Shown here: positions 50,071 through 60,261 of the stretch, piece after piece | How positions within the stretch are numbered: position 1 is the stretch's first letter | Layout: the number at the start of each line of letters is the position of its first letter | Assembly: GCA_913009825.1 (NCBI GenBank) | Contig: CAJVYQ010000002.1 | Coordinates: 82,675-146,674, forward strand | DNA from: an uncultured Deferribacteres bacterium | GTDB taxonomy: Bacteria; Zhuqueibacterota; JdFR-76; DREG01 | Direction: 5' to 3' | Length of the DNA stretch: 64,000 bases | Notes under the pieces: generated by a model | What the model was told of the DNA's origin: nothing | Database searches by the model: none | What the model saw: only the letters and a program-made list of their open reading frames with translations | Translations under genes and position numbers: made by a program

Positions 50071-51831
50071 ATGGCCTATCAAGTTTTGGCATTAAAATGG
50101 CGACCCTCCGGTTTTGACCAGGTGGTTGCGCAGGACCATGTGACGCAGACTCTTAAAAATGCGATCACTTCTAACCGGATTGCCAATGCATATCTGTTCA
50201 CCGGCCCCCGGGGTGTGGGAAAAACTACCACAGCCAGAATTTTTGCCAAAGCCCTCAATTGCAAAGAGGGGCCTACGCCAAACCCCTGTAATCACTGCTC
50301 TATTTGCTTGAAAATTACGTCAGGTCAATGTTTGGATGTGTTAGAAATCGATGGCGCTTCCAACCGCGGCATTGATGAGATTCGTAATTTGCGGGAAAAT
50401 ATCCGCTATGTCCCAAGTTCTGCAAAATTTAAAATTTATATTGTTGATGAAGTCCACATGTTAACAACGGAAGCGTTTAATGCTCTGTTGAAAACTTTGG
50501 AAGAACCGCCGCCTCATGTTCGTTTCATCTTTGCCACAACCGAACCACACAAAGTTCCCGCTACTATTCTCTCCCGCTGTCAGCGTTTCGATTTTAAACG
50601 GATCCCATTGGAGCGAATTATCGGTCAGTTAAAATTAATTTGTGACAATGAAAACATTCAAGCCGATGATGAATCGTTGTTGCTTGTGGCTAAAAAAGCG
50701 GACGGCAGTTTGCGTGATGCGGAAAGTCTGTTGGATCAGTTGGTTTCATTTTGCGGCCCGGAGATAAAGGTAGATGAAGTACTCAAAGCCTTCAGTGCGG
50801 TAAGCCAGGATTTGTACTTTCAATTGACTGATATTATCCTGGCAAATGATATTAGGACGGGATTAAATTTCGTAGATAATCTGATCAGTGCCGGCCATGA
50901 TATCAATGAATTTTTAATGGGGTTGATTGAACATTTGCGTAATCTTCTCTTTTCTCTCGCCACTGAAGATAAAAAACTTCTTGAAACATCCGAAAACTAC
51001 AAAACCCGCTATTTGGAAGTAAGTGGAAAATTCACACAAGAAGACTTGTTGCGAATGATTCAGATTGTTTCGGATACGGAATTTAAAATCAAGAAAAGTC
51101 CCAATCCCCGGGTTAAACTGGAAATGTGTATTTTTACCCTTTTAAAAATGAACAGAAGTGTAACCCTTACCCAGGTAATTGAACAGTTGAGCGGTTTAAA
51201 GAGCGACACTGTGGCAGATTTGAAGAACAAACCCTCTGGTGTACCGGTTACTCCCCAGCCGTCTCAGCATGCCCATGCTGTAGCCAGAGAGCCGGGGCAG
51301 AAAGTTTCCGGGCAAGCAGATCAAAAAAAAAAACCGGATTATCTGAACCAACCTTATTTTGAACCTTCTGTTTCTGAAATTCACGAATCCTCTCCCGGGG
51401 TCGCCGAAGAAATTTCGGCCCAACCGACTTTAACAATCGATTTATTCAAAACGAAATGGCAGGAAATCATCGCCAATGTTCAAAAACGCCGCGTATTTGT
51501 TAGTGTCTTTTTGAAAGAGGGGCAGCCGGTTCAATTTAGCGAAAACACGCTTAAAATTGAATTTCACAGCGAAAACGGTTTTCAATTGGAAGCGGTTAAA
51601 AAAAACAGGGATCTCATTCTACAGGCGATTCAGGATATTGTCGGCTCAACGGTACAGTTGGAATTTATTAAATCAGATCAGGCAAAAAAAAACGGCGAGA
51701 TGATTGAAGAACAGGATATGCCGCACAACCGTATTCCGGTGCAAAAAAAAATTGATCCCAAAGTGAAAAGATTGATCGATATATTTGAAGGCGAAATTTT
51801 AACAAACGGAGGCTATCATGGCAAAACCTAA
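50071..51831 (+). CDS. dnaX: DNA polymerase III subunits gamma/tau
   Basis: Walker A motif (GPRGVGKTT), zinc module (CNHCSIC) and SRC motif (LSRCQRFDF) are present. Start taken as the ATG at 50071. Confidence 0.9.
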   Translation: MAYQVLALKWRPSGFDQVVAQDHVTQTLKNAITSNRIANAYLFTGPRGVGKTTTARIFAKALNCKEGPTPNPCNHCSICLKITSGQCLDVLEIDGASNRGIDEIRNLRENIRYVPSSAKFKIYIVDEVHMLTTEAFNALLKTLEEPPPHVRFIFATTEPHKVPATILSRCQRFDFKRIPLERIIGQLKLICDNENIQADDESLLLVAKKADGSLRDAESLLDQLVSFCGPEIKVDEVLKAFSAVSQDLYFQLTDIILANDIRTGLNFVDNLISAGHDINEFLMGLIEHLRNLLFSLATEDKKLLETSENYKTRYLEVSGKFTQEDLLRMIQIVSDTEFKIKKSPNPRVKLEMCIFTLLKMNRSVTLTQVIEQLSGLKSDTVADLKNKPSGVPVTPQPSQHAHAVAREPGQKVSGQADQKKKPDYLNQPYFEPSVSEIHESSPGVAEEISAQPTLTIDLFKTKWQEIIANVQKRRVFVSVFLKEGQPVQFSENTLKIEFHSENGFQLEAVKKNRDLILQAIQDIVGSTVQLEFIKSDQAKKNGEMIEEQDMPHNRIPVQKKIDPKVKRLIDIFEGEILTNGGYHGKT

Positions 51832-52156
51832 CTTAGGAGCCTTGTTAGGACAAGTTCAGAAAATGCAGGCAAAAATGGAAAAAGCTCAGGAAGGGTTGGT
51901 TGAAATAGAAGTGGAAGGCAGTGCCGGCGGCGGTATGGTAACCGTAACGGCCAATGCTAAGCAGGAAATTTTGCGTATAAAAATTGATCCGGAAGTGGTT
52001 GATCCCGATGATATTGATATGTTGGAAGATCTGGTTGTTGCTGCGACCAATCAGGCGCTGGAGAAAGCGCAAGCGGCTGCTAATGAACATATTCAAAAAG
52101 AAGCCGGCTCCATGATGCCTAATTTACCCGGTGGTTTCAAGATTCCCGGATTTTAA
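51818..52156 (+). CDS. ybaB: nucleoid-associated protein YbaB/EbfC
   Basis: 112 aa. MAKPNLGALLGQVQKMQAKMEKAQEGL... is typical. The dnaX-ybaB-recR synteny is conserved. Confidence 0.85.
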   Translation: MAKPNLGALLGQVQKMQAKMEKAQEGLVEIEVEGSAGGGMVTVTANAKQEILRIKIDPEVVDPDDIDMLEDLVVAATNQALEKAQAAANEHIQKEAGSMMPNLPGGFKIPGF

Positions 52157-52170
52157 GGAATTGTCATTCC

Positions 52171-52767
52171 ATGTTCTATTCTTCACCTTCCCTTGAAAAT
52201 TTAATCGGAGAGCTCTCCCGGTTGCCGGGAATTGGCCGGAAAAGCGCCCAGAGGCTGGCGTTTTTTATTTTGAAGCGATCCGATGAAGATGCGGAAAAAC
52301 TGGCCGAGGCAATTGTGCGGATAAAAAGGAACACACGGTTTTGTTCGGTCTGTTCTAACATTACCGAAACCGATCCGTGCAGTATTTGCAGCGATACTAA
52401 AAGAGACCGCAAAACAATTTGTGTGGTAGAAGAACCTCATGATATTTTAGCGGTTGAAAAGTTAGGTCAATATTTTGGTCTCTATCATGTTTTAGGTGGC
52501 GTGCTTTCTCCTCTGGACAATATCGGCCCGGAGGATTTAAACATTAAATCACTGTTAAACAGATGCACAGAGGATGTTGACGAAATAATTGTCGCAACCA
52601 ATCCAAGTATTGAAGGAGAAGCAACCGCACTTTATTTGTCCCGGCTGATTAAACCGTTGGGGAAAAAAATTACCCGCATTGCCCGTGGAATACCTGCTGG
52701 CAGTGACCTTGAGTTTGTTGATGATGTTACCTTAATTCGTGCCTTTGAAGGAAGAAGTGATCTTTAA
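52171..52767 (+). CDS. recR: recombination protein RecR
   Basis: The HhH motif (LPGIGRKSAQRLAFF), a C4 zinc finger (CSVCSNITETDPCSIC) and a Toprim domain are present. Confidence 0.9.
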   Translation: MFYSSPSLENLIGELSRLPGIGRKSAQRLAFFILKRSDEDAEKLAEAIVRIKRNTRFCSVCSNITETDPCSICSDTKRDRKTICVVEEPHDILAVEKLGQYFGLYHVLGGVLSPLDNIGPEDLNIKSLLNRCTEDVDEIIVATNPSIEGEATALYLSRLIKPLGKKITRIARGIPAGSDLEFVDDVTLIRAFEGRSDL

Positions 52768-52870
52768 TGCTTGAAAAATGGTTTAAAATTTCTTATTCTT
52801 TTAGAGAAAGTATCTTATCAATATACAGTAAAGCAGGCTTGGTAAAATTTCCAAACAGGAGAAAAACCGC

Positions 52871-53491
52871 ATGACATTGCCAAATCAATTGTCAGTGCTG
52901 CGTATTATTCTAACGCCTCTTTTTATCGTCACTTATCTGATGAATGGTATTTGGATGAATTACCTGTCATTCCTGATTTTTTTTATTGCTTCCATAACGG
53001 ATTATTATGACGGCGTTTTGGCGCGCCGCTATGGAGTTTCTACAACCTGGGGCCGGTTTTTAGATCCTCTGGCCGATAAAATTCTTGTTTCCTCAGCTTT
53101 TATTGCTTTTATGGTCAGCGGCATCGTTGAAGTGTGGATGGTAATTTTAATTGTTGTCCGCGATGTTATAATCACTGCGCTACGCTCTTACGCCATGTAT
53201 AAAAACCATCCGATTGTCACTTCTTACCTGGCTAAAGTGAAAACCTTCGTTCAGATTGGAGTGCTTTATTTTATCTTTGGATTTGTTCTGCTGGAGAAAA
53301 CCTTTGTTCTGAATAACAGAGATCTCTCCATCATCGACAAAATCAATTCCTGGAATTTAATTTATCTTTCCATGTTGTTTGTAACCTTACTCACTTTAGC
53401 AACAGGGGTAAAATATTTGGTGGAAAATCATTCCCAGCTCAAAAATTTGGCACTGGATTTCTACCATGTTTTTGTTCCTTCGGATCTGTAA
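52871..53491 (+). CDS. pgsA: CDP-diacylglycerol--glycerol-3-phosphate 3-phosphatidyltransferase
   Basis: The CDP-alcohol phosphatidyltransferase motif D(Y)YDG..AR......G...D..ADK is present (DYYDGVLARRYGVSTTWGRFLDPLADK). Confidence 0.75.
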   Translation: MTLPNQLSVLRIILTPLFIVTYLMNGIWMNYLSFLIFFIASITDYYDGVLARRYGVSTTWGRFLDPLADKILVSSAFIAFMVSGIVEVWMVILIVVRDVIITALRSYAMYKNHPIVTSYLAKVKTFVQIGVLYFIFGFVLLEKTFVLNNRDLSIIDKINSWNLIYLSMLFVTLLTLATGVKYLVENHSQLKNLALDFYHVFVPSDL

Positions 53492-53497
53492 GTTTTC

Positions 53498-53947
53498 ATG
53501 TTTCGAACCACCTATTTTCTCGCAACAGGATTTTATAGCGGTTATTCTCCCCTTGCACCGGGAACTGCCGGGAGTCTTGTACTTCTCTTGATTTTTTTGT
53601 TTCTACCACCGTTTAGTATCCCGATTCTTCTGATAAGCGCTTTTTTCTTTTTTCTGATTGGGGTATGGGCTGCCACAAAAGTGTCCCGTGAAAAAGGGGA
53701 AGATCCGTCCATTGTGGTGATCGATGAAATGTTAGGGATGCTTGTTGTGCTAATCGGATGTCCCAGAACCCTTTTCTCCGTTTTGATCGCATTTGTTCTG
53801 TTCCGGTTTTTTGATATTGTAAAACCGTTCCCGGTTAGAAATGCAGAACGTTTGCCTTCCGGTTGGGGCATCATGATGGACGACCTTCTTGCCGGACTCT
53901 ATGCGCTTTTGATTGTGCAAATTTTACTAGCGGTACAAATTTTATGA
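53498..53947 (+). CDS. pgpA: phosphatidylglycerophosphatase A
   Basis: The PgpA pattern is present (GFYSGYSPLAPGTAGSLV...IDE..G). The protein is hydrophobic and 149 aa. It lies adjacent to pgsA. Confidence 0.7.
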   Translation: MFRTTYFLATGFYSGYSPLAPGTAGSLVLLLIFLFLPPFSIPILLISAFFFFLIGVWAATKVSREKGEDPSIVVIDEMLGMLVVLIGCPRTLFSVLIAFVLFRFFDIVKPFPVRNAERLPSGWGIMMDDLLAGLYALLIVQILLAVQIL

Positions 53948-55185
53948 AAACGGAAATCATCACCATCGGCAATGAGTTGTTGAACGGTAGTACACCGGAC
54001 ACCAATGCTACCTGGATTGCAGACCAACTTTGGTGTGCAGGGATCAGGACGGAGCGGATTGTAACCATCGGCGATGAATCGCAGGAAATCCGGGATGCTT
54101 TACGCCAATCCCTGGACCGGGCGCAAATTATTCTGGTTACCGGTGGTTTGGGGCCCACACACGATGATATTACCAAAAAGAGTGTGGCGGACTTTTTCAA
54201 TCTTCCCCTCGTGGAAAATTTGGTGTTGCGGCAGAAAATCGAAGAGCGCTTTGCAAAGCGCGGAATTCCAATGCCTAAAATCAATTTGGAACAGGCGTGG
54301 ATACCGAAAGGGTCAAAAATACTACCCAATAAAATCGGCACCGCAGCCGGTTTTTCCATCCAAAGAGAGAAGAAGTTTTGTTTTGTCATGCCCGGCGTTC
54401 CCTCGGAAATGAAAGGAATGCTAAGGGACTCGGTACTGCCCTTTCTGCAAAAGAAATTTGGCAACGAAACCGGGAATCTGTTTTCCCTGACCATCCGAAC
54501 TACCGGTATTTACGAATCTAAATTGTATGAAATTTTGTCACCGGTTTTTGAAAAACACGGGGAAGTACAAATTGCGTCTCTACCTCACCGCTTCGGTGTG
54601 GATTTGCGTTTAACGGCATCCGGAAATTCCAGGCAGGAAGCAGAAAAGAAAGTGACAAATGTTAAAGATAGTATTGTAGCCAAAATTGCTGCTTATGTTT
54701 ATGAAGTGGGGAATCGCAATTTAGAGAACGTGGTATCAGAATTATTAAAACGGAGACAGGCAACGCTTGCCGTTGCCGAATCCTGCACCGGCGGGTTGAT
54801 CAACCACCTTTTCACAAATATTCCGGGAAGCTCCGATTTTCTATTAGGAGGTGTGGTTGCGTATGAAAACGCTGTAAAAATTAATTTGCTTGGGGTGTCT
54901 CGGAAGACGCTGGAAAAATTTGGCGCGGTCAGCAGGGAAACCGCGTTGGAAATGGCGAAGGGCGTACAAAAAGCAACAAATTCCAATTGTGCTATCTCCA
55001 CAACCGGAATTGCCGGGCCTTCCGGTGGAACGGAAGAAAAACCGGTTGGACTGGTTTATATCGGAGTTGCTGTCGATGATGATGTTCAGATTGAAAAATA
55101 TATTTTTCACAAAGAGAGGATGATCAATAAATACCGTTTTGCTTACGCTGCGATGAATCTGTTGCGCACTAAATTACTGACTTAA
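53944..55185 (+). CDS. cinA: competence/damage-inducible protein CinA (MoCF-binding N-domain + CinA/PncC C-domain)
   Basis: MKTEIITIGNELLNGSTPDTNATWIA is the CinA N-terminus. The C-terminal domain carries TLAVAESCTGGL. Start taken as the ATG at 53944. Confidence 0.85.
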   Translation: MKTEIITIGNELLNGSTPDTNATWIADQLWCAGIRTERIVTIGDESQEIRDALRQSLDRAQIILVTGGLGPTHDDITKKSVADFFNLPLVENLVLRQKIEERFAKRGIPMPKINLEQAWIPKGSKILPNKIGTAAGFSIQREKKFCFVMPGVPSEMKGMLRDSVLPFLQKKFGNETGNLFSLTIRTTGIYESKLYEILSPVFEKHGEVQIASLPHRFGVDLRLTASGNSRQEAEKKVTNVKDSIVAKIAAYVYEVGNRNLENVVSELLKRRQATLAVAESCTGGLINHLFTNIPGSSDFLLGGVVAYENAVKINLLGVSRKTLEKFGAVSRETALEMAKGVQKATNSNCAISTTGIAGPSGGTEEKPVGLVYIGVAVDDDVQIEKYIFHKERMINKYRFAYAAMNLLRTKLLT

Positions 55186-55288
55186 ATTGTTTTGGCCGTT
55201 TATTTTTTTTCAATGTCCTCTTTTTTTAAATAAAATACAAGATTATTTTTGCATTTTCAGGTAACTTTATTTACTTTATATAGTTATT

Positions 55289-55849
55289 ATGGTGAAGATT
55301 CGTACCTTTATAGCATTATCCATTTCGGATGAAGCAAAAGCGGCAATTGCACAGTTGATATCTAACAGCCGGGATTCAGTTACCGCTGTACGTTGGGTAA
55401 AGCCGGAAAATATGCATCTGACAATTAAATTTTTAGGTGTTGTGGACGAAAAAAATTTGCCGGAAATAGAAAACGCATTAACCGAAAGCGTTAAAAAGAT
55501 TGAACCGTTTCATTATCAGCTTAACGGAACCGGTTGTTTTCCCAATTGTCGGCACCCCCGTGTTCTTTGGGTCGGAATTGGCGAGTCAGGCGGTTCCCTG
55601 CAGCATCTGTATGAAAACATAGAAGAAAGATTGGTAAAAATCGGCTTGCCAAAAGAAAAAAGAAATTTTAATCCCCATTTAACCGTGGGCAGAGTGAAAG
55701 ACAGTCGTAAAATGATGCCCGACCTCTCACCGTTTTTGAGTTCCTCTATCGGCGAATTAAAAACTGAGGTAACAGAGGTTAAGCTGATAAAAAGTATTTT
55801 ACAGCCCTCGGGTGCGAGATATGTACCCTTGTTTGCAGCAAAATTTTGA
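55289..55849 (+). CDS. thpR: RNA 2',3'-cyclic phosphodiesterase (2H family, LigT/ThpR)
   Basis: Two H-x-T-x motifs are present (HLTIKFLG, HLTVGRV). About 186 aa. Confidence 0.7.
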   Translation: MVKIRTFIALSISDEAKAAIAQLISNSRDSVTAVRWVKPENMHLTIKFLGVVDEKNLPEIENALTESVKKIEPFHYQLNGTGCFPNCRHPRVLWVGIGESGGSLQHLYENIEERLVKIGLPKEKRNFNPHLTVGRVKDSRKMMPDLSPFLSSSIGELKTEVTEVKLIKSILQPSGARYVPLFAAKF

Positions 55850-55877
55850 CAATAAAAAAAGAAAAGGATAAAACTTA

Positions 55878-56942
55878 ATGAATGATAATTCTGAAGTACG
55901 CACAGAAAAACAGAAAGCTCTGGAATTGGCCATGGCGCAGATTGACCGGCAATTTGGCAAAGGATCGGTCATGCGATTGGGTGACAATCGGGCGGTAATT
56001 GAGATTACTGCCATTTCAACCGGCTCTATTTCTCTGGATGCAGCGCTGGGCATCGGCGGCATTCCGCAAGGGAGGATCTCGGAAATATTTGGCCCGGAAT
56101 CATCAGGGAAAACCACATTGGCCCTGCATATCATCGCAGAAGCGCAGAAACGTGGTGGTTTGGCTGCCTTCATCGATGCGGAACATGCATTGGATGCGGT
56201 ATATGCGAAAAACCTGGGCGTAGATACAGACAATCTGTTGATTTCCCAGCCGGATACGGGAGAGCAGGCTCTGGAAATCACGGAAACGCTGGTAAGGTCT
56301 AATGCTCTGGATGTTTTGGTTATAGATTCTGTCGCGGCGCTTGTGCCCCGGGCGGAAATTGAGGGCGAAATGGGTGATGCGCAGATGGGACTGCAGGCCC
56401 GGCTCATGTCTCAGGCGATGCGGAAACTTTCCGGCGCTATTTCCAAATCGAAAGCGTGTGTTATCTTTATCAACCAGATTCGGGAAAAAATAGGCGTCAT
56501 GTTTGGCAATCCGGAAACAACTACCGGCGGACGGGCGCTGAAATTTTATGCATCGGTTCGCATCGATATCCGGCGTGTGGCTTCTATTAAATCGGGCGAT
56601 TCCATTGTGGGTAACCGTACACGGGCGAAGGTTGTGAAAAATAAAGTAGCGTCGCCCTTTAGAGAGGGTAATTTTGATATCATGTACGGAACCGGAATTT
56701 CCAGAGAAGGCGAGCTGCTTGATTTGGCTGTTAATGAAAATGTTGTGGATAAATCCGGGACCTGGTTCTCTTATGGGGAAGAAAGATTAGGACAGGGTAG
56801 GGAAAACGTGAAAAAGATGCTGCAGGAAAATCCGGATTTATTGCAGGACATCGAGAACAAGGTGCGGGAAAAATTAGGCCTGATCAAAACGGCTGAGAAT
56901 CAGGCAAAAACATCCGACACAACCCAGCGGAAAGGAAAATAA
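55878..56942 (+). CDS. recA: recombinase RecA
   Basis: Walker A motif (GPESSGKTT) is present. The L1/L2 loops are present. The canonical RecA core is present. 354 aa. Confidence 0.95.
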   Translation: MNDNSEVRTEKQKALELAMAQIDRQFGKGSVMRLGDNRAVIEITAISTGSISLDAALGIGGIPQGRISEIFGPESSGKTTLALHIIAEAQKRGGLAAFIDAEHALDAVYAKNLGVDTDNLLISQPDTGEQALEITETLVRSNALDVLVIDSVAALVPRAEIEGEMGDAQMGLQARLMSQAMRKLSGAISKSKACVIFINQIREKIGVMFGNPETTTGGRALKFYASVRIDIRRVASIKSGDSIVGNRTRAKVVKNKVASPFREGNFDIMYGTGISREGELLDLAVNENVVDKSGTWFSYGEERLGQGRENVKKMLQENPDLLQDIENKVREKLGLIKTAENQAKTSDTTQRKGK

Positions 56943-56951
56943 TTTTTTTAT

Positions 56952-57605
56952 GTGGCGTATCGGGTGACGAATTTTGTTAAGATAACGAAAATCGAGCAGC
57001 AGAAAAAGAGAAAGAATCGTTATTCGATCTTTGTTGACGGCGAATATTCTTTTTCCGTTGACGCCGAAATTCTTTTACAACATAATTTAACTGCCGGCCA
57101 AACGGTTTCTGAAAAACAGACTGCAAAACTTCTGGTGGAGGATGAATTAAAAAGGGGTAAAATTCAGGCCTTTCGCTATTTAGCTATTCGGGATCACAGT
57201 GAAAAAGAGTTGGCGGACAAGTTAAAAAAGAAGGCTTTTTCCGAACCGGTTATACGGGATGTGATCTCCGCTTTGAAAGAGAAACATTTTTTAAACGATG
57301 CCGCTTTTGCTGAAATATTCGCCCGCAATCGTTTGATACAAAAACCGGTAGGTCGCCGTCGACTCAGATTCGACTTGGGGAAAAAAGGAATCTCAGAAAC
57401 GATTCTGGATGAAACGCTGACTGCCGTGTACGAAGAATTTAACGAATCTGAACTTGCCCGGCAGCTTGCAGAAAAGAAGATGAAATTATTACAAAATCAA
57501 GAGCCCCAAAAGGCAAAACAAAAGTTGGCCGATTTTTTACTGCGACGCGGTTTTGACTGGGAAATTGTTCAGCAAATATTGGCAGAATTTGAACGGCATA
57601 ATTAA
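56952..57605 (+). CDS. recX: regulatory protein RecX
   Basis: 217 aa. It is a helical repeat protein directly downstream of recA, with RecX-like repeats (FRYLAIRDHSEKELADKL...). Confidence 0.7.
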   Translation: MAYRVTNFVKITKIEQQKKRKNRYSIFVDGEYSFSVDAEILLQHNLTAGQTVSEKQTAKLLVEDELKRGKIQAFRYLAIRDHSEKELADKLKKKAFSEPVIRDVISALKEKHFLNDAAFAEIFARNRLIQKPVGRRRLRFDLGKKGISETILDETLTAVYEEFNESELARQLAEKKMKLLQNQEPQKAKQKLADFLLRRGFDWEIVQQILAEFERHN

Positions 57606-57619
57606 GAAAAGAATGTGAT

Positions 57620-60247
57620 TTGAATATGATGACAGCAAATGAAATCAGAAGCACTTTTTTAGATTTTTTTAAAGGTAAGGGACATAAAATTGTTCGCAGC
57701 GCGCCGGTGATTCCTTACGCTGATCCCACTCTGCTGTTCACCAATGCCGGCATGAATCAGTTTAAAAACTTATTTTTAGGCGTGGAAAAACCGGAGGCGC
57801 CCCGCATTGCCGATACGCAAAAATGCATCCGTGTGAGCGGGAAACACAACGATCTTGAAGAAGTAGGCAGGGATACGTACCATCACACTCTGTTTGAAAT
57901 GCTGGGCAACTGGTCCTTTGGCGATTATTTCAAAAAAGAAGCCATAGAATGGGCTTGGGAATTATTAACTGAGGTTTGGCAGATTCCCAAAGAGCGTCTC
58001 TACGCTACGGTTTTTGGCGGCGACGACAAGGAAGGTTTACCCCCGGACGAAGAAGCCGAACAATACTGGAAAGAAGTGGCCGGTATCGAACCGGCACATA
58101 TTCTGCGATTTGGTAAAAAAGATAATTTCTGGGAGATGGGAGAAACCGGGCCGTGCGGTCCCTGCTCGGAAATTCATATCGATTTAACCCCGGATAAAAC
58201 CGCCGGAAATCTTGTGAATGCCGGTCATCCCAATATAATTGAAATCTGGAATTTGGTTTTTATTCAATACAACCGGACAGAAGACGGCCAATTGGAACAA
58301 CTTCCCGCCAGGCATGTGGATACGGGGATGGGATTCGAGCGCCTGGTTGCTGTTTTGCAGGGTGTGAAGTCCAATTACGACACCGATGTTTTTAAACCGT
58401 TGCTGCAGGCTATCGATGAACTCACCGAAGTTGAATATTCTTCTTATGATGGTATTGCCCACCGCGTCATTGCCGACCATGCCCGTGCTTTGACCTTTGC
58501 CATTGCCGATGGCGCCCTGCCGTCCAACGAAGGCCGGGGTTATGTTTTACGGCGGATTTTGCGCCGCGCCGCCCGTTACGGCCGTAAATTGAACATGCAT
58601 GAACCGTTTATTTACAAATTAGTCTCCGTTTTGGCTGATACTATGGGTGACACATTTCCGGAATTGATTGAAAAGAATCAATATGTGGCGATGGTCATTA
58701 AAGCGGAAGAGGAAGGTTTCAATAATACACTCGACCGCGGCATTGAAATTTTTGATCGCATCAGTGACAACTTGATCAAAAAAAATAAAATGATCTTTCC
58801 AGGGGATGCCGTTTTTCAATTGTACGATACGTTTGGGTTTCCAACCGATTTAACCCGCTTAATGGCTGAAGAAAAGCAGTTGCAGGTGGATATGGCCGGT
58901 TTCGAAACAGCCATGGCCGGGCAGCGCCGCCGGGCGAAAGATGTCCGGCAGCGTAAATTTGAAGTTAAAGAATTTTTTACCGATGGCAAAGAGGTGAAAA
59001 ATTCCGAATTTGTCGGTTATTCTGAACTCCGTGCCAGAGTAAAAATTGTGGCTTTCAATGAAAATGAATTTCTCCTGGATCGAACACCGTTTTACGGCGA
59101 ATCCGGCGGTCAGGTTGGTGACAAAGGCGTTGTTTACGATCCGTCCGGTTCGTTCAAAGTCCGCGTGATTGATACTATAAAATCGGCGAACCGGATTGTG
59201 CATGTGGGCAAATTGGCAACCGGGACTTTCGCCGGCGCAATCAACAAAGGACTCATTGCGGAAGTGGAAGCACGTTTACGCAAATCCACAGCCGGAAATC
59301 ACACGGCAACCCATTTGCTGCATAAAGCTTTAAAGAGTGTTTTGGGCGATCATGTGAATCAGGCGGGTTCGCTGGTAACACCGGAGCGGCTGCGTTTCGA
59401 TGTAACCCATTTTGAAAAAATTTCCGATGATCAGTTAGACCGGGTGGAAGAGATTGTCAACGAACAGGTTCGCCGTAATCATCCGGTGACCGCTTTGTCA
59501 CGCACCTATGATGAAGCAAAACAGATGGGGGCCTCGGCGCTGTTCGGAGAAAAATACGGCGATGTGGTGCGGATTGTCAAAATCGATGATTACAGCATGG
59601 AACTTTGCGGCGGTACTCATTTGAATGCGACGGGTGAAATCGGCTATTTCCGGATTGTTTCGGAAAGCAGTGTTGCCGCCGGGGTTCGCCGGATCGAAGC
59701 GGTAACAGGCGAAGCGGCTGACCGGCTGGTTCGGACAGAAAAAAATGAAGTAAACAGAACAAAAATGATTTTAGGTGTACCGGAAACCGGAATTACGCAA
59801 AAAGTGAAAAATCTATTGGAAGAGCGCAAACAACTACTGAAGGAAGTAAGTGAACTTCACATTAAACTTTCTTCGCAAAATCTGGATGCGTTAATTAAAA
59901 ATGCCGAATTAATCGACGGGTTTAAATTTGTTTCCGAAAAAATCACCGTGGAATCTGTTGATGAGATGAAAAAATTGGGCGATTTGGTGCGTGCCAAATT
60001 GAAAAGCGGTATCGGCGTTCTCGGTTCAATTATTGATGAAAAACCGTTTCTTCTCTGCGTTGTAACCGATGATTTGATAAAATCGAAAAATCTGAGGGCG
60101 GGAGATATTATTAAACAACTGGCAAAATACATCAACGGCGGCGGCGGCGGACGGCCGCACATGGCGCAGGCCGGAGGAAAAGATGCCGGTAAAATAGATG
60201 TTGCGCTTACAAAAGCAAGCGGCGCCATAAAAGATCTAATCGCTTAA
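57620..60247 (+). CDS. alaS: alanine--tRNA ligase
   Basis: 875 aa. The class II core (FTNAGMNQFK...), the editing-domain HxxxH motif (HTATHLLH) and a C-terminal DHHA1-like GGGG motif are present. Confidence 0.95.
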   Translation: MNMMTANEIRSTFLDFFKGKGHKIVRSAPVIPYADPTLLFTNAGMNQFKNLFLGVEKPEAPRIADTQKCIRVSGKHNDLEEVGRDTYHHTLFEMLGNWSFGDYFKKEAIEWAWELLTEVWQIPKERLYATVFGGDDKEGLPPDEEAEQYWKEVAGIEPAHILRFGKKDNFWEMGETGPCGPCSEIHIDLTPDKTAGNLVNAGHPNIIEIWNLVFIQYNRTEDGQLEQLPARHVDTGMGFERLVAVLQGVKSNYDTDVFKPLLQAIDELTEVEYSSYDGIAHRVIADHARALTFAIADGALPSNEGRGYVLRRILRRAARYGRKLNMHEPFIYKLVSVLADTMGDTFPELIEKNQYVAMVIKAEEEGFNNTLDRGIEIFDRISDNLIKKNKMIFPGDAVFQLYDTFGFPTDLTRLMAEEKQLQVDMAGFETAMAGQRRRAKDVRQRKFEVKEFFTDGKEVKNSEFVGYSELRARVKIVAFNENEFLLDRTPFYGESGGQVGDKGVVYDPSGSFKVRVIDTIKSANRIVHVGKLATGTFAGAINKGLIAEVEARLRKSTAGNHTATHLLHKALKSVLGDHVNQAGSLVTPERLRFDVTHFEKISDDQLDRVEEIVNEQVRRNHPVTALSRTYDEAKQMGASALFGEKYGDVVRIVKIDDYSMELCGGTHLNATGEIGYFRIVSESSVAAGVRRIEAVTGEAADRLVRTEKNEVNRTKMILGVPETGITQKVKNLLEERKQLLKEVSELHIKLSSQNLDALIKNAELIDGFKFVSEKITVESVDEMKKLGDLVRAKLKSGIGVLGSIIDEKPFLLCVVTDDLIKSKNLRAGDIIKQLAKYINGGGGGRPHMAQAGGKDAGKIDVALTKASGAIKDLIA

Positions 60248-60261
60248 ATATTGAGGTATGA

